From the IMG/VR virus record IMGVR_UViG_3300032288_002811, positions 13,391 to 77,390 of that record: a stretch of DNA of 64,000 nt. The stretch is one strand, 5' to 3'. Shown piece after piece: positions 56,751 through 64,000 of the stretch; position 1 is the stretch's first letter, and each line of letters opens with the position of its first letter. This DNA comes from a virus. The notes under the pieces are model-generated. The model did no database searches. It saw only the letters and a program-made list of their open reading frames with translations, and was not told the origin of the DNA. The translations under genes were made by a program, and so were the position numbers.

Positions 56751-57916
56751 GCCCATTGCACCTTTGTTGGATCATAATGATTATCTGTTACTGTTGTCAT
56801 CACATTCGCTGTGTTTGCAATTGTGGTAATGTATGTTGTAATTGTGTTACTGTGATCCAAAAGCGGATCCGTGAATACACCTTTTAATGCATCTGGTATT
56901 GTAATTGAATTAACATCAGCTGTTAGGCCTGCAAGAATAGAATCTGCACCAGATTGAATCTGTGATGCAAGTGAATCTACTGTTGCACCTACTTGACCTG
57001 GCACAGCAGCAATAGCCGCACCAAACGCTTTTGCACCAGCCAAAAACCTTGCTATACAATCTTGTACGATAGCTAAAAATCTTGCTGGTAAACTTTGTAA
57101 GTATGTAATTATTTGATTAATATCTTGAACCAAATAATATACAGTAGAGGCCATTGCAACGTACTTGGCAATTTTTTCAATATAATCGTTAATATCTTCA
57201 AGCTTAAATTTTAATGTGGCATAAATTGATGAAATTTGACCAGATGGATCCAGATTCATGGATGTAACGAGTGCTTTTAATGCCAACTTAATTCCATCAT
57301 TCAACTTTTCAATTAAAAATCTAATGAAATTTGCTGCGTTATTTTTACCAGTTTTAATTGCATTTTGTATGGCAGTTATTGGATTTGTTAGACCAGCCAA
57401 ACCAATATCAAAGTTAAATTGATATCTAAAATCACACACGTGTGCTAAATTTGCATTTGTGAGTCCAACACCAGAACCTGTAACAATACCTCTGGCTGTT
57501 AATGGTGTGTCTGGTTCTCCAATTTTCTTTTCTTGTATGTTTGGTGGTAATACAGGTTTTGCTTTTTCTGCTTCAGTTGGTGATGAATGTGGAAATAAAG
57601 GTTGAGGGGAAAATCCAATTGACGTATCTGGTGCTGCTGCTTGAATTCCTGGTAAAATAGCAGCAATATATGGATTCTGTGTTGATTCACCATCTGCAAA
57701 ATAACCAGTAACATAGGCACCGGCTTCAGGCACATTAAAACTACCAGCTGCATTTGGTCCAGTCATCAATGTACACCAAGGCAACGCAGCCGTAGGTAAT
57801 GCTATAAGTTCTTCGGTGTGATGACCAAATATGCGAACCTTAACACGGCCTTGTTTTAACGGATCTTCGGTGTTTTCTACAACACCAATCCATGATTGAC
57901 CAATAAAATTATTCAT
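56747..57916 (-). CDS. gp5: Baseplate hub/spike, N-terminal part (gp5 OB-fold) plus a helical domain
   Basis: WIGVVENTEDPLKQGRVKVRIFGHH...LPW...V.GYFADGESTQNP; no T4-lysozyme domain recognisable. Confidence 0.82.
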   Translation of the reverse strand: MNNFIGQSWIGVVENTEDPLKQGRVKVRIFGHHTEELIALPTAALPWCTLMTGPNAAGSFNVPEAGAYVTGYFADGESTQNPYIAAILPGIQAAAPDTSIGFSPQPLFPHSSPTEAEKAKPVLPPNIQEKKIGEPDTPLTARGIVTGSGVGLTNANLAHVCDFRYQFNFDIGLAGLTNPITAIQNAIKTGKNNAANFIRFLIEKLNDGIKLALKALVTSMNLDPSGQISSIYATLKFKLEDINDYIEKIAKYVAMASTVYYLVQDINQIITYLQSLPARFLAIVQDCIARFLAGAKAFGAAIAAVPGQVGATVDSLASQIQSGADSILAGLTADVNSITIPDALKGVFTDPLLDHSNTITTYITTIANTANVMTTVTDNHYDPTKVQWA

Positions 57917-59264
57917 TTTTCGCTTCTGTTAAATTCTTACTACTACCAGAACTTAATGGTGTCTGATAACTTTCTTTTGCTAACTCCATAACTGTTTGAT
58001 ATGCACCTTGTGATTGTAGTACATGACGAACAGCATTTACCAAATATTTACCTGAATAAAAAGGATCCAATTCTCTATTATTACCTGATGCTAAAGTATA
58101 TAAATTAAAATTAACAGTTATACCAGCAGTAATTCCTGGATCACCAGGAACAACAACTTTTAATAAAGTAAAGTTTGCTAATGAAATTTGAGCCGTTCTA
58201 TTTGGTATATAATTTTCAACATAAACGTCATTAGTTACCGAATCTGGCCGTTCTTTTATATAAGGTACTCTATATTGTTCTGAATTACCCACTACAACTT
58301 TTACCACACTCTGTGGATTCTGTGTATTTTTTAATCCAAATCTATTAGTGTTATCAAGTGAAATGCCATTGTTTTTACCATTCATCGGCGCCGAGGTGCC
58401 TTTATATGTATCATAATTAAAATCCGTTATTTTAAATGACCTTGTTAATGGATCAACCGAAATTAATCTATTTGCATATGTACCTGAGGTAATATCATTT
58501 AACACATCAAAAGATTTAACAAATTCATAATCTATAACAGTTCTTGTTTTTTCTTCCATTGAAGCTTCAACATTTATTTGTTGAACTTTATATGTATTAT
58601 ATGGATTTTGTGCCATTAGACTTCTTAATGACCTAAAATGAAAACCATTTTTGTTTTCATAAAATATCATATCGGCACCAGCCAAATTTTGTGTGGCTGG
58701 CCTTGCATAGGTAGACAACCAACTAATAGCTTCAAATGGTTTTAATGTATTGATGTTGAAATTGTAATTTCCTGTGGTCGGTTCAATATGAAGTCTTTTA
58801 CTAATCTTTAAATCATTTTTCAATATTCTATTTACGGTTACACTTATTAACTCACCGTTTGGATTTGCACCTTTTTGAAGTTTTTTTGATTCAGATAACA
58901 ACATTTCTTCAGAACAAAAATGTAGTGTTATTTCTTCCGATTTGTGGTTACCAGAAGGTATTCTATCACTTTTATATATTCTAAAACTTCTGGATATATT
59001 TGACGAAGCTGTTTTTGTTCTACCAAAATTCACTCTTAAAAATTCTTGTCCTAAAATTTGAAATTTTTGTAATAATCCTTGGCCATCTTGCAATATAACA
59101 AATCCTGAAGTAACAAAACTATATAAATCTTCAAAATAGGAAAGTTCAATCATCAGTTTTTTAACTGGTATTTCTTGACCTGTGTTTGTTATAATTGTTA
59201 AATCATTTATACTTGCACTTTGTGCATAATATAATCGATTACCAGTATCTGTTGTGTCGGCCAT
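57909..59264 (-). CDS. Baseplate hub / tail protein (gp27-like)
   Basis: LSYFEDL, FRIYK, LHFCSEE, PFEAISWL, FYENKNGFHFRSL, VPGDPGITAG, YSGKYLV.AVRH; located between gp53 and gp5. Confidence 0.7.
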   Translation of the reverse strand: MADTTDTGNRLYYAQSASINDLTIITNTGQEIPVKKLMIELSYFEDLYSFVTSGFVILQDGQGLLQKFQILGQEFLRVNFGRTKTASSNISRSFRIYKSDRIPSGNHKSEEITLHFCSEEMLLSESKKLQKGANPNGELISVTVNRILKNDLKISKRLHIEPTTGNYNFNINTLKPFEAISWLSTYARPATQNLAGADMIFYENKNGFHFRSLRSLMAQNPYNTYKVQQINVEASMEEKTRTVIDYEFVKSFDVLNDITSGTYANRLISVDPLTRSFKITDFNYDTYKGTSAPMNGKNNGISLDNTNRFGLKNTQNPQSVVKVVVGNSEQYRVPYIKERPDSVTNDVYVENYIPNRTAQISLANFTLLKVVVPGDPGITAGITVNFNLYTLASGNNRELDPFYSGKYLVNAVRHVLQSQGAYQTVMELAKESYQTPLSSGSSKNLTEAKNE

Positions 59265-59265
59265 T

Positions 59266-59868
59266 TTAACTCATCAATCGTTTAAGTTCTGATTCAAACT
59301 CATCTACATAAGATTTATTTAATAATTTAATATTTCTTTTAGATTCATTCAATTCTTCTTCATAGGTATAATAAGAAACACCTCTTATTGATGTAGTAAC
59401 AGTAACATCACCCGTTGGTAATGTATATGTGGATGTTCCTGGTACTTCCGCAAGAAATTGGTCTAATCCAATTGTTACTGAATTTTTTGTAATTGTTTTT
59501 GTTGCTAGGTCAGTTTGTGTGATAATTTTTTCGAAATTGTATACATCACTATACACATTTATACCTGTTCCCGTATATTTCTTAATTACATACTTTTCAA
59601 ATATAGATGAAGACATTGGCCAATCCCATTGTGGGTCAGTAATCTGATTGGTGAATAATACTATCCAATAACGATATGGATCATCATAATATTTGTGTGC
59701 AATAATTTCAGGTGTATCACCTTCTTGTATATCATATGTGTAATATAATACTGGATTTTTTAAAGCCTCTGGAATAACACTGGCACGAGCCATAATATTG
59801 GTTAATAGAATACCATTGGAATTATTATCCGATGTTAATATTCTTGGTAACGTATTAAAATATTTCAT
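59266..59868 (-). CDS. gp53: Baseplate wedge protein (LysM-like)
   Basis: MKYFNTLP, YDIQEGDTPEIIAHKYY....YWIVLFTN.I.DPQWDWP, YEEELNESKRNIKLL. Confidence 0.9.
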   Translation of the reverse strand: MKYFNTLPRILTSDNNSNGILLTNIMARASVIPEALKNPVLYYTYDIQEGDTPEIIAHKYYDDPYRYWIVLFTNQITDPQWDWPMSSSIFEKYVIKKYTGTGINVYSDVYNFEKIITQTDLATKTITKNSVTIGLDQFLAEVPGTSTYTLPTGDVTVTTSIRGVSYYTYEEELNESKRNIKLLNKSYVDEFESELKRLMS

Positions 59869-59869
59869 A

Positions 59870-61015
59870 TTAATAACCTTGTTCTATCTTAGCTCTATCT
59901 ACAAGCACAGTTTCTTTGAAGCTTAAGTCCATTGTCATTTGAGTTGGTTGACCGTCTTTGTGTGATGACCAACCATTTGGTGCATAATTTACTGTCACAC
60001 TTTCCAAAACACAATCGGTTAGTTTATTGATATTTGGATTTTCCGCACCGTCTTTCTTAAATGATAAATTAAAAACTCCAGGTGGTGTATAAAAGAAACC
60101 AGCAACACCTGTAACGATAGTTGGCGCAGCATAAGACCTAAACAGTTTTACTATTTGTTGAACCTTTGATGATTCGTTTGCTGACCGTGGTGAAAATGTA
60201 AATGACATTTCAAATGTTCTAAAACTTATGCCTTGAAATAAAACTTGTTCTTGTGGGTTAAAAGCATAACCAAGTTTATTTAATGCCAATTTAACTGCCT
60301 GATTATCCATCACACTATTTACAAAACTTGCAGGTTTACCCAAAAGACCGGGTAATGAGGCAGCTGCACCAATTATAGATTCTTCACCATAAGATGTGGT
60401 ATAATTAAAACTTAAAGTTTCTGGCATATACAAAGAAACAGTTGCTCTTAAATCTTTTTTCATTTCTAAAAATTGAGCAGCCGTTTGACCTGTACCCATA
60501 TCATTGAAATTTTGTTCTAAAAACGAAACTGTTTTTTCACCTGCGGATATAATACCTGCTTTGACTTGATTGAGATAATCGGTTTGGCCACTAGCAATAT
60601 TGTAAGCTCCAACAGCTGCCGAACCAACTCCTGAAGCAACTGCGGCACCTCCGGATGCAAGTGCTGATCCAGCCACTGCCACCACACCTCCTGCCGCTTC
60701 TACTTCATCAACTTTGCTTTTTACTACATCTTTAACGGCATTAAGAACCTGATTTTTAGCTACTTCTACCGATGCCGATTGAGGTTGATAAATATCAAAA
60801 ACAATTGCATGACCCTTACCAGAGGAAGTTAAATCTGATGGATATTGTATTGCATTGTAGTTATATTTCGACTTAAATAGTGACGCTAGGGGACCATTAG
60901 CAAAATCGGTTTGCGTTTTTACTTGGTCACTTTGTAAGTCAGCACCATTTACGTTATTGTAACCAGCTTCAACAGAACTAAATGATCCATCTGGATTTTG
61001 AGTTTGTAATTGCAT
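59870..61015 (-). CDS. gp48: Baseplate tail-tube cap
   Basis: QYPSDL, VSLYMP, AFNPQEQVLFQGISFRTFEMSFTFSPRS..ES, CVLESVTVNYAPNG, MDLSFKET. Confidence 0.85.
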   Translation of the reverse strand: MQLQTQNPDGSFSSVEAGYNNVNGADLQSDQVKTQTDFANGPLASLFKSKYNYNAIQYPSDLTSSGKGHAIVFDIYQPQSASVEVAKNQVLNAVKDVVKSKVDEVEAAGGVVAVAGSALASGGAAVASGVGSAAVGAYNIASGQTDYLNQVKAGIISAGEKTVSFLEQNFNDMGTGQTAAQFLEMKKDLRATVSLYMPETLSFNYTTSYGEESIIGAAASLPGLLGKPASFVNSVMDNQAVKLALNKLGYAFNPQEQVLFQGISFRTFEMSFTFSPRSANESSKVQQIVKLFRSYAAPTIVTGVAGFFYTPPGVFNLSFKKDGAENPNINKLTDCVLESVTVNYAPNGWSSHKDGQPTQMTMDLSFKETVLVDRAKIEQGY

Positions 61016-61045
61016 TGAATCTATCTTAAAAAAAGTTATATATAT

Positions 61046-61053
61046 TATTTATG
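61046..61053 (-). promoter_or_regulatory. Late promoter variant (CATAAATA) for gp48 at the strand-switch point
   Basis: Lies in the 35-bp divergent gap and overlaps the gp4 ATG on the opposite strand. Confidence 0.55.
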
Positions 61054-61485
61054 GCATATTCAGGAACGTTTAGACCCACAAATCCTCAGAAATACGTTGG
61101 GGACCACACAAAAATCATATACCGCTCTTCATGGGAATGCAGAGTGATGAATTGGCTCGACAAAAATCCAAGCATTTTGTCTTGGGCTTCAGAAGAGGTT
61201 ATCATTCCTTACAAATCTCCAGTAGATGGCAAATTCCACAGATATTTTCCTGATTTTGTTGTTAAATCACGTGGAAAAGATGGTTCTTTGAAAACTATGA
61301 TGCTTGAAGTTAAACCAAAAAAACAAACACAACCACCAGTACAACAAAGACGGGTAACAAAACAATACATTACTGAAGTCACAACTTGGGGTGTCAACCA
61401 AGCCAAATGGAAAGCTGCAACCGAATACTGTCTTGACCGTGGTTGGCAGTTTATGTTGGTAACAGAAGACCACCTAGGTCTGTAA
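61051..61485 (+). CDS. gp4: Head completion protein (TnsA-like nuclease fold)
   Basis: YSGTFRPTNPQKYVGD...IIYRSSWE, WASEE..IPY.SP.D...HRYFPDF, EVKPKKQT, NQAKWKAA..YC. Confidence 0.92.
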   Translation: MAYSGTFRPTNPQKYVGDHTKIIYRSSWECRVMNWLDKNPSILSWASEEVIIPYKSPVDGKFHRYFPDFVVKSRGKDGSLKTMMLEVKPKKQTQPPVQQRRVTKQYITEVTTWGVNQAKWKAATEYCLDRGWQFMLVTEDHLGL

Positions 61486-61492
61486 CTAAATA
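61485..61492 (+). promoter_or_regulatory. Late promoter variant (ACTAAATA), 4 nt upstream of the gp2 ATG
   Basis: ACTAAATA-ACCA-ATG. Confidence 0.6.
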
Positions 61493-61496
61493 ACCA

Positions 61497-62117
61497 ATGA
61501 CAATAAAACCATCAATACTTACATCATTATCCGAACAGAAGGCCTCTGCTGATTATCAAACAAACAGTAAAGAATCTTATAAATGGTTAATGACAAAGAT
61601 AGCTGAATTGAGAAATCCAGGTCGTTTGGCTATTCCAATGACCAAAGAAAAGCAAAGATTTACACGACCATCAGACAGACAGAAGTTTTTAATGGGTGGT
61701 TTATACTTCTTTGTATATGATCCAAAAACAAAAAATGATTTGCCATATTATGACAGGTTTCCATTAGTTATACCACTTAAACGAACACCTGATGGTTTTA
61801 TAGGTTTAAATTTACATTACTTACCACTTAGATATAGGTTAATTTTTCTGAGGAAACTGTTACCATTTGCTATCTACAATGACGAGGACGAGATTAAGCG
61901 CCTCCGAATCACGTATCCGATGTTGGATGCGTCATCCAAGTTCAAAGAATTCAAACCTTGTATCAAACAGTACCTGTACCCCCATATTAAGTCCAGGATT
62001 CTTGCGGTTCAACATAATGAATGGGATATTGCGGTATTCTTACCAATCCAACAATTCAAAAAGGCTCAGCCTAGAGAAGTGTGGAAAGATTCAATAGAAG
62101 AAATAAGGAAGTCATAA
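61497..62117 (+). CDS. gp2: DNA end protector protein
   Basis: YFFVYDPKTK..LPYYDRFPLV, GFIGLNLHYLP, PCIKQYL..H, W.IAVFLP.QQF. Confidence 0.9.
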   Translation: MTIKPSILTSLSEQKASADYQTNSKESYKWLMTKIAELRNPGRLAIPMTKEKQRFTRPSDRQKFLMGGLYFFVYDPKTKNDLPYYDRFPLVIPLKRTPDGFIGLNLHYLPLRYRLIFLRKLLPFAIYNDEDEIKRLRITYPMLDASSKFKEFKPCIKQYLYPHIKSRILAVQHNEWDIAVFLPIQQFKKAQPREVWKDSIEEIRKS

Positions 62118-62648
62118 ATGGCAGGCTCGATTAGCGATTTCAAATCCAGTTTTAGGACAGATTTAGCAAGACCAAGTAGGTTTGATGTTATCATTCCTAT
62201 TCCTGTTGTATTGTTTCAATCACCTTTGGTTACAAGCAAAAGCCTTACATATCGTTGTGAAGCCGCAGTTTTACCAGGCCGTACATTTGAAACACATGAA
62301 CAGAAAACTTATGGACCAATTGAAAAATTTCCACACCTAACGTCATACACAGATGTTGACCTAACAATTTTGATGGATGATGATATGAAACAGAAATATG
62401 CATTTGATGCATGGCTGAATAGTATCAATTCACCAATTGACAATAATTATAGTTATAAAGATAGTTATTCAACAACAATTACAATCAATCAATATGATGT
62501 TACAAATAAAATGTCATACTCGGTTGATTTGTATGAAGCATTTCCAATTTCTATGAATCAATTGGATTTAGATTGGAATAATGACGGTGTACATAAACTG
62601 TCTGTTACATTCGCATATACTTATTGGAGAAACAATTCTCTATTTTGA
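62118..62648 (+). CDS. gp54: Tail-tube-fold protein (gp54 tail tube initiator / gp19-like)
   Basis: LARPSRFDV, CEAAVLPGR, FDAW, ITINQYD, LYEAFPI...LDW...LSVTFAYTYW. Confidence 0.7.
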   Translation: MAGSISDFKSSFRTDLARPSRFDVIIPIPVVLFQSPLVTSKSLTYRCEAAVLPGRTFETHEQKTYGPIEKFPHLTSYTDVDLTILMDDDMKQKYAFDAWLNSINSPIDNNYSYKDSYSTTITINQYDVTNKMSYSVDLYEAFPISMNQLDLDWNNDGVHKLSVTFAYTYWRNNSLF

Positions 62649-62666
62649 TTTAATTAAGGAGTTATT

Positions 62667-63392
62667 ATGGCTTTACCAAAAATTGATGTACCAACATACG
62701 ACATTACATTACCAGTTTCAAAGAAAGAGATTAGATATAGACCTTTCCTTGTAAAAGAACAAAGAAATCTATTGATGGCCATGGAATCAGATGATTCGTC
62801 ATCTGTGCATACGGCAATCCGAGACATTCTTTATAATTGTACCTTGACAGAAGGTGTTGATATTGAGAAGTTACCTATTGTTGACGTTGAGTTCTATTTT
62901 ATTAATCTGAGAGCCAAATCGGTTGGTGAAGTGGTTGATTCGAAATATCGTTGTAACAATATTGTAGAAGATAAAGAGTGTGGCAATTTAATGGATTCTA
63001 ATATGAATCTGTTAGAGGTTAAGGTTGAGATGGATGAAAATGTTTCACCTGATATACAACTAACTGAAAAGTTGATGGTAAAAATGAAATACCCTGAGTT
63101 TGGTATTGTTAAAGATTCTATCAATATGGAAAATGATACTGATATCACCTTTAATATGTTGGCTCGTAGTATTGAACACATTTACGATGGTGAACAATTT
63201 TACTATGCACACGAAACACCAATTGAAGAATTGGTACAGTTCGTTGAAGGTATGAACCAAGAACAGTTTATGAAGATTGAAAACTTCTTTAATAACTTAC
63301 CAAAGTTACAACAGAAGCTTGAGATGACCTGTTCTAAGTGTGCATTCCACCACGTTATTAATGTGGAGGGACTTGAAAGTTTTTTCGTATAA
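62667..63392 (+). CDS. gp26: Baseplate hub assembly chaperone
   Basis: MALPKIDVPTY...LP..KKEIRYRPFLVKEQ..LLMA.ES, DVEFYFINLRAKSVGE, MKYP, FFNNLPKL, CSKC, EGLESFF; SD AAGGAG at 62656-62661. Confidence 0.9.
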   Translation: MALPKIDVPTYDITLPVSKKEIRYRPFLVKEQRNLLMAMESDDSSSVHTAIRDILYNCTLTEGVDIEKLPIVDVEFYFINLRAKSVGEVVDSKYRCNNIVEDKECGNLMDSNMNLLEVKVEMDENVSPDIQLTEKLMVKMKYPEFGIVKDSINMENDTDITFNMLARSIEHIYDGEQFYYAHETPIEELVQFVEGMNQEQFMKIENFFNNLPKLQQKLEMTCSKCAFHHVINVEGLESFFV

Positions 63393-63574
63393 CCTTTCGC
63401 CATGATAACCTGAAAAATTATTATAGAACTAATTTTTCATTGATGCAACATCATAAGTACAGTTTAACCGAACTTGACAATATGATGCCATGGGAAAGGG
63501 ACATATATGTTGCAATGTTGATTCAGTATATTGAGGAAGAAAACCAAAAAATAAAAGAACGAATGAAAAAGTAA
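63377..63574 (+). CDS. gp51: Baseplate hub assembly catalyst (gp51-like); frame open from 63377, first ATG at 63443
   Basis: Not in the track (43 aa from ATG). Manual translation: ...HDNLKNYYRTNFSLMQHHKYSLTELDNMMPWERDIYVAMLIQYIEEEN...*, the gp51-like motif of T4-like phages. Confidence 0.75.
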   Translation, partial: KFFRITFRHDNLKNYYRTNFSLMQHHKYSLTELDNMMPWERDIYVAMLIQYIEEENQKIKERMKK

Positions 63575-64000
63575 ATGGCACAACCATCAGAAGAAACAAA
63601 AAAGTCGGCAGCAAGTATGGCGTTTGGTCGCCTTAGTAAACTTGCGCTTACAGGTGCCAAAAAAACAATTTCAACTGTTGGTAAACTGTTTACTAAAAAG
63701 CCAGAAAATCTTGTTGATGAATCCTCACCACCGACCAAGATTATGGGTGAAATATATAAGATGATGAAACTCATGGATTTAGATAGAAAACTAAATCAAG
63801 AGGCTGCCAACTCTCATATTGAAGAACAAAGTCATATGAGAGATAAACGCAATAAAGAAATAATCAAAGCATTAACTACTCCTAAAATTAAAAAACCAAG
63901 AGTAGTAAAACCTAAAAAAGTAAAAACACAGGAAACAGAGACAACACCTTTACCTCCTGTTAATAAAACTCCTGGTCAAACAACAACACAACCAGCCACA
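63575..64000 (+). CDS. 5' part of a protein following gp26/gp51, candidate hub/tape-measure (gp29-like)
   Basis: ATG immediately after the gp51 stop (TAAATG); MAQPSEETKKSAASMAFG... open for 142 codons to the window end. Function is inferred from position only. Confidence 0.6.
   Translation, partial: MAQPSEETKKSAASMAFGRLSKLALTGAKKTISTVGKLFTKKPENLVDESSPPTKIMGEIYKMMKLMDLDRKLNQEAANSHIEEQSHMRDKRNKEIIKALTTPKIKKPRVVKPKKVKTQETETTPLPPVNKTPGQTTTQPAT

Noticed and set aside
61051-61485. TnsA-like transposase or homing endonuclease
   Set aside because: Sequence and position next to gp2 and gp48/gp53 match the T4 head completion protein gp4; no transposon ends or partner genes.
63429-63774. Minus-strand ORFs 63429-63614 and 63523-63774
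   Set aside because: Antisense to the gp51-like frame and the following + strand gene.
1-64000. Stop-codon reassignment, introns/inteins, tRNA genes
   Set aside because: Core genes are full length under the standard code, coding density is near complete, and no intein motifs or cloverleaf-sized free intergenic sequence were recognised (tRNAscan not run).

Overview
The whole 64 kb window is the virion-morphogenesis region of an AT-rich, T4-like (Tevenvirinae-related, 'cyanophage-style') myovirus. No host genes, RNA genes, CRISPR or mobile elements were seen. Minus strand, in transcription order: gp48, gp53, gp27-like hub, a gp5 spike split into two genes, an unknown ORF, gp25, gp6, gp7, a short fibre, gp8, a 2097-aa VrlC/DUF4815 protein and an S74-chaperone tail fibre. 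Next is a ~30 kb array of ten fibre/connector genes (9,790 aa in total, up to 3,610 aa each); six of them, plus the short fibre near gp7, share one Ala/Asn heptad repeat (A-N-x-A-x-x-x), and the array ends in an RCC1 beta-propeller protein. It is followed by a late-promoter-driven cassette of three glycosyltransferase/methyltransferase genes, the neck genes gp13/14/15, and a cadherin-like repeat protein running off the left edge. Plus strand: gp4, gp2, gp54-like, gp26, gp51-like and the start of a probable hub/tape-measure gene. Main candidate novelties: (1) a colinear 'daisy-chain' giant fibre in which every gene ending in a GGxF-like peptide is directly followed by a gene starting with a gp37/Mtd-type socket domain, with a dedicated glycosylation/methylation cassette next to it; (2) a textbook SD-stimulated -1 frameshift signal joining gp26 to gp51; (3) a genetically split, lysozyme-less gp5; (4) inter-gene conversion and 21-bp-multiple tandem expansion in the fibre repeats. 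All protein family calls come from motif recognition and gene order, not from database searches.
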